A program made the translations under genes and the position numbers. The notes below the pieces were generated by a model. That model was not told the DNA's origin and made no database searches. It saw only the letters and a program-made list of their open reading frames with translations. A stretch of DNA of 49,654 nt. Source: Candidatus Cloacimonadota bacterium. GTDB taxonomy: Bacteria; Cloacimonadota; Cloacimonadia; Cloacimonadales; TCS61. Positions 26,701-41,700 of this stretch are shown one piece after another. The DNA lies in contig JAUXFF010000003.1 of NCBI GenBank assembly GCA_030620155.1, forward strand, positions 1 to 49,654, written 5' to 3'. The first letter of the stretch is position 1. Every line of letters begins with the position of its first letter.

Positions 26701-29700
26701 TACTTTAACCAGGTCGAGCTTCCCACATATTTCCCGGGTGATTTTGTAGGTAATGTACTTACATTTTCTTATGATGCCAGCGAAATAGATGAAACCTTTG
26801 CCTGGGATTCTCTATATATTGTTGGTGATGTTCCACCTACTACTCCTGGTCTCGCTCTGAATGTCGAGATCTATGATACTATATTTGGACTGATGCCAGG
26901 TACTGCTTTGGCTGATTCATTCAACCTGATAAGACCCGAACAACCTGTATGGCCGGATTCTTCCTCTGTAACTCTTACTCTGTCTGATGACAGAATCTCT
27001 CCGGGATGGTGGTCACATTCTTATGATGCAGAAGACAATCCCGCCAGGGATCTTGAGCAGGATGACGTTGATATAGATATAGTATTCGACTTTAATGGCG
27101 AAGCTCTAACCGTTGATTTCGACTGGTTCCTCGCCATCGATACAGAACCTATTGACGACCCGATGAGGATGGCTTTCTCAGCCGCCAGATTCTCCAGAAC
27201 GGATTCTCTGGCTGCGGGAGATTCACTGTATACGATTCCAACAATTACATTCTACGGGTTGCAGAATAATATTACCTTACCTCCATTAGTGGATGAACAC
27301 TCAACTGAGGAATTATTTGTATCCGCTTATGCAATAGCTCAGGGTTATACCGATGGCGGTTATGTGGATCCTCCGGGAATGGGTGAGACAATTGTTGTCG
27401 AACCTCTTTGGATTGATAATACTAATCCCGGATTATTACAGAGAAATGGAGATCCACTTGTTAGCTGGGAAGGTGATGATAATTACTGGGGACACCTGTA
27501 TCCAACAGATGAAGATATGGCTGTTTCCTGGCAGACTACTAGTCTGACCATTGAATTCGAATCTGATGAACCGCTCCCGGATTCTCTCTGGCGTTTAGCT
27601 GTGGTTGATCTTGATGGTGATCCGATTGATCTTGGTTCAGGAAATCTTACAGCTACAATAGATAATGTAGCTGGAAGTGAAGAAGATACCATAGATGGTA
27701 TCACAGGATATACTCACTTCGTTATTGATTGTACTATTAATAATGTTCCTCAATACTCTCAATTCCTGGATGCTGTCCTGGTTGTTGTAGCTCCTGATGA
27801 TGAAGCAGGTAACCCGGAACATGAAAACGATCCACCTTATCCATATTCACTGGATCCGTTTGCAGCCGGTGATGCTTACCGCTGGGATTCATCTGAAGCC
27901 TATGTAAGATTTATGGTTCTTGAGGAAGAACCTTACATCCAGAGAATGGAATACTGGCATGAAAATACTTATGGAAAAATAGAATTAAACGGTATTGTAA
28001 CAGACTGGGGTTACATCAGTGAAGATGGTACATTTGATTTGACTATCCAACTTCGTGATGTGGCTTACCTTCCAATTGAGATAATAAGAGATATCTCCTC
28101 AGTTATTGATGTTGATTTCTCTCAGTTGGGTACTACTGCAGTAGCTCATGAAAATGACGCAATTATCGATACCACAGGTACTCCTTACGAATACAATATA
28201 ATCTGGGATGATATTCCCTTTGATGGTATTGATCTAATGACCAGGTATGCCGAGGGTGATACAATCTATATTCCTGCCCTTTTAAGCCTTGACTTTACAA
28301 CACCTGATGAAGGGCATGTTTACGAAGATTATCTTGAATTACCTATCATTGTGGATATCGTTAATCCAGCAGTTACAATACTTGATCCAACTTATATAGG
28401 ACCATATACTTCCAGAAATGACTTACTGGAAGGCTCCGAATACCTTGTACAGGTAGAAGTAATTGATGACGGTTCCGGTATCTGGGAACCAAGAGATACT
28501 CTTTATGTAATTAATGATGAAGGCGCTGGTATAATTGTTCAACGTGCTGGTGCTCCGCCACCAAGTGATTTACCATATCTGGAAGATTTTGAATCAGCGA
28601 GAGGTTGGTCAGATTGGACAGTTGCAGAAACTCCACCTAATGGTGACACATGGACACATACAACATCCCTGCCATCTGCCTGTGATTATGGCAGTGCAAC
28701 AGGATGGTTTGCAGCTTTTGATGATGATGGTTATGGATCTTCAAGTGATAATCCACTTGAGGAGTTAATCTCACCAGTAATTAACTGTACCGGTGAAACC
28801 GGTGTCACACTTGACTTCGATGGTGATTTCGAAGATATGGCGGGATATGGTCAATTTTGGGTACATGTAACCACCAATGGAAGCACATGGTATCAGGTAT
28901 TTTACGAAACTGGTGACGTTGATCCTGGTGGATTTGATAATCATCCAGGATTACCTATTGATATTTCAGCTTATGCTGATAATGAAGCTGCTGTCCAGAT
29001 AAAGTTCACCTATAGTGATGAAGATCCGGGATATGGTTCAGGCTGGGCATGGGGATGTTTGGTCGATAATGTGTCTTTAACAGCAACTGCCCGTGAAACA
29101 GCAATCTACGACTGGTCGGTTTTCGTTCCTGAAAATTATACCGATAGAATGGTAGACTTTGTAGCAGAAGCTTATGACAACGTTAATCATCTCGGAACAG
29201 ACATCAAGAACTGGGATATTGGATTTGTACCGCAACTAGCCATTTTGGACCTTTTTAATGCTGATTATCCTTATGGTGATGTTCCTATCCCAGCACCATG
29301 GCGTCTGAAAGATGGTGATGCTGCAGCGCTTATTATTGGTGTTGTAGATTTAGAAAGAATTGATACTGTTAGAGTGAAACTGAATACTAACTTTGAATAT
29401 GGTGCACGTTATACTTATGCTGCAGATGAATGGCTTATTTTAGACCATGACGCTTTCGCTTCATTACCAGATTGGGAAGGAGGCGGTAGAGGTAGAGTAG
29501 ATCAAACGCCTGTTTTTAAATATCTGGAACTGGGCAATGTTAATAATAATCCTCATGTTTTAAATGATGGTGAGGGAATAGTAGCCACAGTTGGAATCCA
29601 TCACCAATATTATGAGGAACTGGATTATCAGGAGGTTTCAACTCCTGTTGATTGCAATGCCTGGTTAGTAATTGATAATCTTGCTCCTACTATAACAGAT

Positions 29701-32700
29701 ATTACTTATACTATTGAAGATGCAAGACATGAAGCTGATGTTACGATTACTGCTATAGTACTGGATCCCATCCTTGGTTCTTGCCCTTATGATGGAGCTG
29801 GTGTTGATATAGGTTCACTTAACTTGGATCTGACAGGACTGAATGGTGACCCTGATGTTGGATGTAGTACTTATAATCCTGGGACAGGACTTGCAGAATG
29901 GAATCTATGGTGGGATGAAGATTTTGATTCAAATCCACTGGATATAGATGGACTATTAATGGGTGATCCTATTGATGGCTGGATTACAATACATGCCGAA
30001 GATTACATTGATAATGCTTCTTCAGCTGATGCGCAGATAGACACACAACCTGTTGTAGAAGATGTCAGGTTCTATGTTAATGACATCGAATCTGATGTTA
30101 TGTTCCCGGATGATATGGGTATTGTCAGGGTAGAGGTTGATGTTACAGCAGAAGAATTCCATATGGCATATCAATTACAGGATAGGGTGCACCTGGTTTA
30201 TACAGACAATATTGGTGGAACATTTGATTCAGGTCCTCCCTTTGATTTTACAGTATACAGAGATCGTGCTACAATGCTTTATACTTATGTATTCTATCCT
30301 GTTTTCGAGGATCTGAATGACCTTGAAATCGGATTTAGTGTGGCAGATTTCGATGTGTTTGCTATTAGTATTTATAATTACAGATCGGAAACTTACGATA
30401 AGGATATGATAATTATAGATTATCCTCGTGAAGATCTGCATGGTATAGTTGAAAGTACTAGAGAGCAAGGTGTATATGATGGTAATGATCCTACAGGATG
30501 GTTCGCTCCCGAGCATAACATCCATGGTGAATTGACCTTTTTCACACCAACCGAGCTTAATACAGATATAGTTATAGCTAACTTCGATTATGTTGGTGAT
30601 TTTGTAGACCCATGGTTGAACCCTGATGAGGTTATTACAGACCTTATAACTCCTGTAGTTCTAAATGGAGGAACACCTCATGAAATAACCATAAATATGT
30701 ATACACAACGTGCTATCTGGGAAGAAGTGATCACTGATGCTCAATCCATCTGGAGTCTCTATATTCCACCGTCATTACAATACCCTGGTGAAACAGCAAT
30801 GCAGGTAATTGACGGTTATCATATTCCAATTGAGATCATTGCTTACATGTTTGGATATGAAATGCTGCTGCCAACCAAATACATCCAGGTAGATATGAAT
30901 GATCCTGCATACAGTATGGCAGACGGTTGGGGTTTCTATACAGAAGAAATGCCAAGGCGTGTAGATCCAGAGACTGATGTGTTCGATCTTACCTTAAGCT
31001 GGTTCCCGGATACTATCCTTGAACCATTTGACTGGGGTGATACAGATTGGGATGCAGCTACTATGACCTATACTATTGAAATTCCGTATGAGTATCTGCC
31101 TTTCTCAGACCCGTTAGTATTGACTACTTATGCAACTGACTGGACTCCTACGGATGAATATCCAAGTATCGGTGGTGTAGATCCTCTCAGAATTGATGAA
31201 CCGACTTCCGCTGCATTTGTTATTATTCCTTATGCAGATGATGAATTTGGTTATTATGATAATGGTGCTTCCCCCTTACCTGATGATTCACTTTATTATG
31301 CTAACTGGCTGTTAACTCCTCTTGTCCGTCAGGGATTTGAACATGGAGATTCTGTAACTATCCAGTTAGGTCAGGTTTGGGATCAAGTTGCTCATAACGA
31401 AGGTGCTGCACCTGAAATTACTTTCCGCTTTGTTGCTGATTACGACGGTGTTGATACAGATGAATTACTGATCTACCGTTATGTAGAAACAGAACCAAAG
31501 AATGCTACGGTTGCTCCTTATGTAATGGCTGGTGGTAAATTCGGTCTTCAGATCCCTGTTGATCCTTACATGAGAGATACAAGTATCTTAACTGTAGAAG
31601 CATTTACCGCTATGCTGGAGAATTTTGTAACCTCCACCGAGGAAGCTGATGCAGTTCTTGGTTACTGGTGGGTAGGGTTATCAACTGATACTCTTGATGT
31701 AGGACTCTGGTGGCTTGATCAACAATTCAGCAATAAAGTAGTTCATCCGGATTATACTGATGGAACAGAACTTTATACCAAGATCAGAATCACTTATAAC
31801 AACGGTAGTGTCCAGGAAACAGGCTGGATCACAGCAAGAACAGAGAACTATGCGATTGTTGACGGTGTAGATCCTGTAATCCATGAATATGGTATTGAAG
31901 TATGGAGTGAAACTCTCGGTTACGATGGTGAAGAGGGTTATGTAGTTCCTGAAGATATCGATGGTAGATTAAGAATTACCTTCGACGATAATATTATGTA
32001 TTACGAAGAAGCTCCTGAAGGATATCCTGAAGTTCCTTCCATCTTAGTTACAGGTTTGGAAGATATCTTCTTCTATCGTATTGAAGATGGAGTTATAACT
32101 CCTGTAAATGATTATTTGATTCCCGCACAATACTTTGATGCTCAAAGAGGAGTCTGGGTAGCTGAGATCGACAGTATGGTAGTTAGAACCGATCTTCCGG
32201 AAGATGAAGAGACTCAGGAAACTATCTGGGTAAGCTTGTGGGATCCGGCAGGTAATGCTTATTACGGCAATCCTGCATCTAAATTCGTAGAAATAACTGA
32301 AGACGGACCTATCGTTCCGGTTATCTACGGTATGGAAGTAATTGCCGGTGACGGACTTGTTCCATGGCAGGCATTCGATAATATAAATAATATTTCAGGC
32401 ACCTACTTCAGTATTGCTGAAGGTGAGAATACTGAAATTACAATTAATGTTTATGTAAGAGCTAAATATAAAGCTTATATAGAAGAAATGTGGCTTGACT
32501 TAAGTACACTTAGCGGAGATGTTCATACAACTATTCCTCCATTTGATATTGTAAGTGTATCTGATCCTGATAGTAACCTATGGAGGGGTACTTATGTAAT
32601 GGAATCTCCTCTTCTAACACGCTCTGAAGAAGTGATTATTTCAGCAAATACTTTACGCTGGCCCTTCGGTGCACATGATGTCTTCACTGATATATTCGAA

Positions 32701-35700
32701 GTCACATTATTTGTTGATACAAATGATATCGAAATTATAGATACAATGGTTAGCACCATGGGTGTTGACTGGACAATTAATCCTGATGGCACTGTAGAAA
32801 TCTGGGCTACATTCACCGATCTTCTAGGTGATTATCCGGATAGTTTACACTGGTTACCAGGTGATCTGTATCCATGGTTCTCAGTTGAAAACGGAGCTGA
32901 TAACTTCTTTACTCCTGTTGATATTGTCATTCCACCTACAAATATTACTTTAGTTGGTGATAATGCAGAATGTTATTGGAATATTCCACCTGCAATGTTA
33001 CATGAAGACCTGCAAACCGATGCTGAAAATACATGGGTAAGCATTAACTTTAATGCCAGGAATATCTATAATGAAACCTATACATGGGGTTCTGATCCTA
33101 TACTGGTAGATGACCAGGCTCCGGGATTCAATGAAGCCGGTTCTTATACTTATGGAGAATACCATCTGGATAACCGTACAATAGTACCTTTCTACACGGA
33201 TGGATTAAGGCTTGGTCCTGTCTGGGATGAGTATGCATACCTGCACCTGGTTTACACAGATGTTTCAGGTGTTCTCGAAATTATAACTGACTGGAGTCAT
33301 TTCGGTGGGTCTAGCAGTTATCCTGTCTATCCAATGCGTGCTCAGGAAGAATTTGAATTCCTGTATGATGCTCAGATATATTGGCAATGGCCCCCTGTTT
33401 CTATGAATGGTAATGTAGTTATTTCTATTACTGATAATGTTGGTAATGTTAATGATGATAACAATAATGTAAATACTACATTTGTATTTGAAGAAAATGT
33501 CACTTTCGGGACCTATATCTACCCGAATGATGACTTTATGCAAGTAGGTCCATGGTGGTATACTGATCAAGAACCGACAATAGAAATGTATATGGAACAT
33601 ATTGTTATGGGCTTCGACCTTATCGATAATAATGCTGATGTCTGGGTTGATGAAGTGGGTGAAGGTCTGTTATTTGATCCTCTTACACTTCACGTAAATA
33701 ACCATGTAGATGATGAATGGTATCCGTTCCCGCATGACCTTACAGTGGTTAATGATACAACAGTCATTACCCTGGAAGGCGCATTCGGATTCTTCAGTGA
33801 AGGTAATTATCGTATCCAATTGAATACTGATAATATATTCGGACATCATTTAACTAATTATGTTAATTTCAATGTTGATCTCACTGCTCCTATGGTTACC
33901 GGAATTCAATTTGGTAGCAGTGGTAGTGGCTGGACACCTCCAGTATTTGATATGAATGATGTGATCATTTCCTATTCGGATTGGGATCAGATAAGGATCA
34001 GATTCGAAGATCCTGCCATTATAGGCACTATGATGCCTCCTCCTCCTATGCCGGGTGTTGGGGTATTGAAAGATACATTGTTCGCTGAAACTACAGCAGC
34101 TCTTTATAGAGAAGGTGTACTTATCACTGAGATTGTTCCATTACAATGGAATGTTAACTGGCTCACAATCGGTATTGAAGATCTTCGCTGGGCTGGTGAC
34201 AACCTGCTGCCAGGTTATTATGAACTTGAAATGACCGCTACTGACTTGCTCGGTAATACTGCAAATTACACCAAGTCATTCTTCTACAATCATCAAGCTG
34301 CAGAAATTACCCTGCACGTATTCGATAATAACTATGTAGAATTAACAGGCGGTGAAATACTTCATCTTAGTGATGAAATTGCTTATCTTGGTGCTACGGT
34401 TGATGATGAATTCGGCATGGTTATAAGAGTAGACTTTGAATTATGGTTTGATGAAAATAACAATAATATACTTGATCCGGATGATGTTCAATATTCCGAT
34501 ATTGAAGGTGATGTGCCGGTTGATAATCACTTAACCAGCACTCCGGACTTTGATGTACCATTTGAATGTACATGGCACCAGTTAGACCTCGAATGGTTAT
34601 ATGTTAACGGTGGTGAGGATGCTGTAAATGATCACATGGATGCTTATAACTACCGTCATGATGAGGGTGACTTCAACACAGCAATCCGTGACTGGTTTGT
34701 TGTTACTACAGCAACCAGCAACTCCGGACAGACCGCTCGCGATACTACTGCAGTTCCGATTATTGACGACGTTGGTCCTGCTCCTACAATTGATCATCTT
34801 ACATTAGATCATCATACTGGTCAGGATTCATATATCGATACAGAGGGTGTTCATCACTTCTTCTATAACTATGATTATGATAATTATATTGAAAACACCA
34901 GTATGATCTATTCTGTTTGCCAGTATGATTCAGATGGTGATGAAGAAGTTGATCACAACTGGCCTGATGCCTGGTATATAAATTATGAGATTTACGGACC
35001 TGATGGTTCTCTCAAATATACCATCTATGATTCCTATATGCAGATACCAACTGATTATTATATCGGGTACTGGGATTGGGGTTATGATGCACTCACAGAT
35101 CCTGGTCGATATGATATCTATGCCTGGGGTTACGACCGTATAGGAAATCAAGCATACAGCTTGAATCATATGGAGGTTGATGTCTTTACAGTCGGAAATG
35201 CATGGGCTTATCTTGATATGTGGAACTTTGATGTTCCGGGTTGGGATCTAATTAATCCAATTGCGGATGGATCCGAATTTGGTCCTATCAATCCTATTGA
35301 AAACATCCTGAATCTACGCCTTGATGCAACCATCTATCATATGCATGAAGTACAATATGTTGGCTTCTTCTATAATGTATATGATAATTCGGATGGCGTT
35401 CCTGTAATGATTGAAAGCGGTCTTCCTCTTCCGAATGACTCAGCAATTAATCCTGATTTCGGAGAATGGGCAGACCTTATTTATCCACAGGAAATGGAAC
35501 TATGGACTATTGCTGAGGGTGATAGCGGCAGAGTTCGCATTGTCATACCTGAAGACCTGTATAGAGGTCCTGGATTTGATGAAAATGACTACACCTATGA
35601 ATTCTACATGATGATAACTGATTACACAGGTGTTCCGTTCATGCACACAGGACATGTGGATGATATGACAGAAGGCTTCCGTGTAGATTATGTTGCTCCC

Positions 35701-38700
35701 GAATCTTTCATGGCTGATGTTGCTGATGTTCTTTCGGGTGATTTGATTGATGATATAACAGTTGTAGTTCCTGAAGAAGGAAATGCTGCTGATGAATGGG
35801 CTGAAGGATATGACCTTGCAGGATTCGATCATGTACCAACCTTCAAGTGGAGTTATGATGGAATGAGAACCTGGAATTACTTCGAGACAAATTATCCGAA
35901 TGTATGGCCTTATGATCCTGCAGAGCAAGTATTTGAAGATGGTAATACGAGACAATACTGGTACGATGATTGGAATTCTTATATTTTGGATCAACTGGCT
36001 GTTTACAACTATGAAGGCTGGGTATATGTTACTGCTGAAGTTCAAGACCGTAGAGGAAACTGGACTGATGCTACACCGACCCAGGTTTACGTAGATAACC
36101 AGTCTCCGGATGTTCCAATTACACAGGTAGCTTATCGTTTACCTCTGGATGTTGAAGTACCTGATCCGTTAGCTTATGCACAATGGCATACACTTGGTAC
36201 ATTTATGTATGAAGAAGATAATACTATCACAGCTGCTTATAATGTGGTGAATGGAGTTGGTCAAACAGAAGATGCATTCTTACGTATGAGAGTACATCAA
36301 TCTGAAATTCTGGATCTGTCTTACTATGATATTCCTCCTGGAGAATCCAGTGACCTTCAAATGCCGATTACAGTATACCATGCCACAGGTGAACAATTAT
36401 CCTCCTGGCATTTGTATGACCACGAACCTGATCCTCAAGGATACTACAGCTTTGATATTTTACTTGCTGAAGAAAATGATTTCTGGCCTGGGACTCATTA
36501 CTTTGCATTTGTTGCCTGGGATACAAGAAATAACCTGGAAGGTGATGAAGACCACAGCTACGACATAGATTATGATGAATTTATGGATATGTGGGATCTG
36601 CAGGTTATCCTTGTTCACGGTCAACCGGTTGAAACCGCAATAATATTCCCCGATTCATCCTTTATCATCGGGGAATGGGTTAACTTTGGTGCAGAATATT
36701 ATTTACGCTCTGAAGTTAATGAAATGACCTTCCAGTATTCTGAAACAGGACATTCTGATGAATGGACAGATATCGAAACTGTTGAATTCAGTGAAGAGGA
36801 AGCTCCTTACTTCTTCCATATCTTCCGTCATGAATTATGGCAATATGATGGATTACCATTTGTTCCGGGCGTTCATGTCTTCTATGAAGAGGTTGGCGAA
36901 CGTTGTGAAGGACTTTTATACGAATATAATCAATTCGAAGATGACTACATTGGTGAACTTACCTGGAATGGAGCAGATGCCTGGACTGGCACCTTTGACT
37001 TCCCGTTATGGGATAGAGACTATACTGAATACGATGTAGTCTTCGTTGCTGACCTCAATGATGATGGTGTAATTACCGAGCTTGACTATGATGTTCCATT
37101 TATTGGTGATAACGTATGGCCAAACTTCTGGCATCCTAATGATAAATTAAACGGTACTACAGTTGAAATCGCACCATGGATGCTTGCATTTAATACTATG
37201 GATGACCGTCTGGCAACAGGACTTTATTACTTCCGTGCAGTACCGGATGGTGACCCGAGAGCAGCTATGTCTACATCATTCTTTATTGATAATGACGCAC
37301 CTATAGCAGTTATTGATATAGAAGGTAATGATGAAGAAGTACCGGTATTTGACGTCTGGGATGGCAATGAACTTTCATTAGTTCCTCTTGTTACAGATAT
37401 AGACGGATTACTGGTTGCTGATGATGACCTAGTTATAGTATTCTACATGTACTCTTCAGAAGCTCCGGGAACAGAATTCCGTCACTGGTATGATTTTGAT
37501 TGGTCAATGGAGATGGCAGGTGATTACTTTGTAGAGTTCAACGTTCCTGATCCAATGACTGATAATCTCGATAATGATGGTGATGGATTTGTAGATGAAG
37601 CAGATGAAGCAAATGCTATCATGTATCTCCGCTCATTTGGTATGGATGTTGCCGGTAACTATGGATTTTCACAGGAAGTTATGATCGAAGCTGACAATAG
37701 TTGTGCTTATATGCATATTACCACGATCAATGGTCAAGTACCGGTTGGTCCTAGCTGGATAGTGGATATTCCTGAAGATGGGATTATGGAACTTGAAGCA
37801 AATGATATTACACCTGAGATTTACGATGGTGCAGTATTTGCTGACTTCTATATTGTTGAGGAAGTTGATGAAGTTGATGTTTTACATGAAATCGAATTAG
37901 GTGTTCCTGTAGATGAATTTGGTTATGCTTATGCAACATTAGACATGAATAACTTTGGCTTTGATGAAGGTTACTACCTGTTATATGTTGTTGGTGTTGA
38001 TCGTGTAGATCATGCTTGCGAACCTAACGTTATAACTCCAGTGATATTTAATGATGTTACCGGACCTAGTGCAATAATAACCAGTGTAGGTGCATATGAC
38101 CCGGCTGATCTGCTTGGGGTTGTGTTCACTAACTACGCTGAAACCTACGTGATAGAAGTTACAGTTGCAGACACCAATGATGTAGGTACTGTAACTTTAG
38201 AATATAGTACAGATGATACAATCTGGCATAATGTTGACACTCAGGTTTATGATGATTCGGATCCGGTTGTTACATTCAACTGGTCACCACCTGTAGAAGG
38301 TGATGCAACTTATTACTTGAGAGCATTACCTGAAGATTGGCAGGCTAATGATTCATATATTCCTGTAACTGTTCATATTGATGATACTGTTCCTGTCTTG
38401 GCTGCTGATCCTATTATAACAACAATCGTAGACATTACCATCTGGGATGACACAATAGTACCTGTACTGGATTACAGAGCAGACAGTGTTAGAACTATGC
38501 TTGAATATGCAGTCGATGAATATCACGGATTATTTGACATCGCTTCTGTTGATGTTGATTTAGTTCCGATTGTTTTCACTAGAACCTCACATTATGATTT
38601 AGGTGATAATTCTTATGTTGTAACAGGTGTTACAGGTGATAACTTTGAATATGATATGAATGATGATGATGCAATTAGTGATGAATATGAACTTGTAATT

Positions 38701-41700
38701 ACGCTAACTGACTTTGCAGGCAATACTGACACGTTATCTTACTACTACATTGTAATTGATAATGATGCACCTGGATTCATACCTGGCAGCTTAGAACATA
38801 TTACCGAGATGTATCAAACCGAATGGTATGATGTATCTGATGGTGAAGTTGTTCAGTTCGTTCTTCCAATGGGAGAAGAGGGAGGAACAAGAGCTCTGAA
38901 CTGGTGGGACGATGGAGTTCAGGATGACAACAGTTACTTCCTGGGTATTGAAACAGTCGAAATGAGATTGTATGCAGACGATATGGAAGATTTCGTAGAG
39001 GGAGTTATTGATGAGAATTATGATATCTGGTTTGACTGGATACCAGACGCATTAGCAGAATATCTCTATCATGATATCGATATTGATATCACCATGACTG
39101 ACTACTATAATAATTCAACAACTCAGACATGTAATTCGATACAACTCTACGATACAGAAGTATCCAAAGCCAGAATTCTGGAAGTTGATGATAATATGGT
39201 TGACTGGCAGGCTGAAGAGTACCCGGATGTTTGGGTAACTGGACATGATGCTTTAATAGAAACTTATGTTCCGGCAAGTGTTGATTACGCAGATAATGTA
39301 ATATTTGAATGGTTCGATCCTGAACTGGAAGACTGGGTAGAACTTGATGTTGATGGAAGTGGTGTATTAGTACCACAACCACCTTATGAATATCCTACTA
39401 GTTATCTGTATGAATGTAATTGGGATATAAGTGAACTTGATAATGGTGATTACCTGATCAGGGCTATTGCAATTGATATGGCTGGCTTATGGGATGATGA
39501 TCCCTGGGTTGTTCTCGTTCACAAAGATGACAACCAGGATTACCCGGAAGTTTATGTATGGGACGGTGATGTAGCTGCAACGGAATTAGTACGAGGTAGC
39601 TATTATAACTTAACAGCTACTTCAGAATATCCTGAAGTTATTGATGGCTTATCCTTCTTGTACAGATATGTTGACGAAGAAGGTGAAGTTGTTGGCGATA
39701 CCTGGTTTGATATAGGTTTTGACGCAGACAGTGAAGTACCTTACTATCTGAATGACTGGTTGATTCACAATACTATGGTTCCTGGTCTTGAAGTTCAGAT
39801 CATTGCCTTAGCAGATTACCTGGGTAATAGATATTATCAGCCAACAGAACAGGATATCTTCGACATGGGTCTCTTTGTTCAATTACCGTTAGTTGATATT
39901 ACTCCACCTGATATTCTTGATGTAACCTTCTATGAATTCATAAGAGATTACGAAGAAGAAGCTATTCCAATGTGGATCAATAATTCCATTACAGAAATGG
40001 TAGATTTAGTTCGTTCCAATATTGCTGCTGAATATTATGAACTGGGAGATAGAGATTATATCGAAGACATGAGTGATTTACACAGAATTATTCTTTCTTA
40101 CACTGATCTGGAACTTGAAGAACATGTCTTGGAAGTTGTTTGGTTTGATGATGAAGCTGAGGCTAACCCATACGAATATAATTACACGAATTATGAAAAT
40201 GGATGGGATATCAGCGAATTTGAAAACGGTGAATACGGAATCACTTTAGAGGCTTGGGATACAGCAGACAATACTTCACAACTGAGCATACCATTCTATA
40301 TTGATACTATGGCTCCTACAAGTGCACTTGAAATTACTGATTTAGGGGGCGCTCCGGTAGATTACCTGGAAAGAGGTGAAACATATCTCTTAACAGCAAA
40401 TGCAGAAGATAACATGATGATCGCCAGTTATGCTTATGTTTATACAGTTGATGGTGGCGCAGCAATAGCAATTGACGGTGATGCCGAACAGGTTGAATTT
40501 ACAGTTCCGGAAGGTATTAATTACGGTGCTGAATTGGAGTTCACAGTAACAGTAACAGATATGGTTAACTTAACTCATGAATCATCTGTAACTAAATTAG
40601 TATTTGATAGTGATATAACTGAAATTATAATAACTACCGTTGGTGGTGTTCCTTATGTACCTGGATTACATATCAACGGTGAAGCTGTTGGATTTGATAT
40701 CCTTTTACTTGGAAATGAAGAACCTGATCTTATCACTGACGTAGCACTTAAATATCGTTATGTTGGTGATGTAGAGTGGGAACTTTGTGATGAAGATAAT
40801 CCGGTTCTTATAGTAACCGGTGGTAATAATGATGAAGCTTACGGTACATGGGATGTTTCCGAACTTGATGAAGGTGATGTAGAAGTTGGTGCTGTCCCTG
40901 TATCTGATCCTGAAAATATCTGGGAAGAACCATTATACTGGGCTACCATGTATATCGATCATACACCTCCTGAATTAGGTATTCCGGATTATGTAATTCC
41001 TTCCTGTATAAGTGATGGTTTCATGATTAGGGTTGAATTTGCAGAACTTCCTGCAGACTTAGACCACACATTAGTAAGATTCGAATATGTAATTGCTGAT
41101 CAAGCTGATATACCGGAAGCATGGACAACATGGACAATTCCTCCATTCTTTGGATATGACAGTGGCTTCTGGTTCTTCGAATTTAATCCCGGAGAAGAAG
41201 ACTGTCCGTTCATTAACAGTGAGGTCTATGACTTCAGATTACATATTGCTGATGTGGCAGTTCCTGATCCGAATACAACCAAGGTTGATGAAATTGAGGA
41301 AGTTGATGGCGGAACACTATTTGACGATGAGGCTCCAATTGTATTTGTTAGCCAGATCGATGAATATGTTGCTCCATTTGCCGAACCTGTAGAAGTAGTA
41401 CTGTCAACTTCACCTACATTTACAGCATTGGCATTTGAACATCCTGAACAATATCCGTTTGTTTGCGGTGTTGAAAGTGTTGAATTCTACATTGATGGTG
41501 AATTGATTGATGTTGTCTTCGAAGAACCATATATGACAAATGCCTGGAACACTACTGGTCTGATGGTCGGTCCATATACTCTTTCTGTAACTGCATGTGA
41601 TTTCGCAGGCAATTGTGCTGAAGATGAAGTTGAATTAATGCTTGTACCATATATGGAACCTTATGCAGTGATAGTTGGATTTGACTTCGATTTTGAAGTT

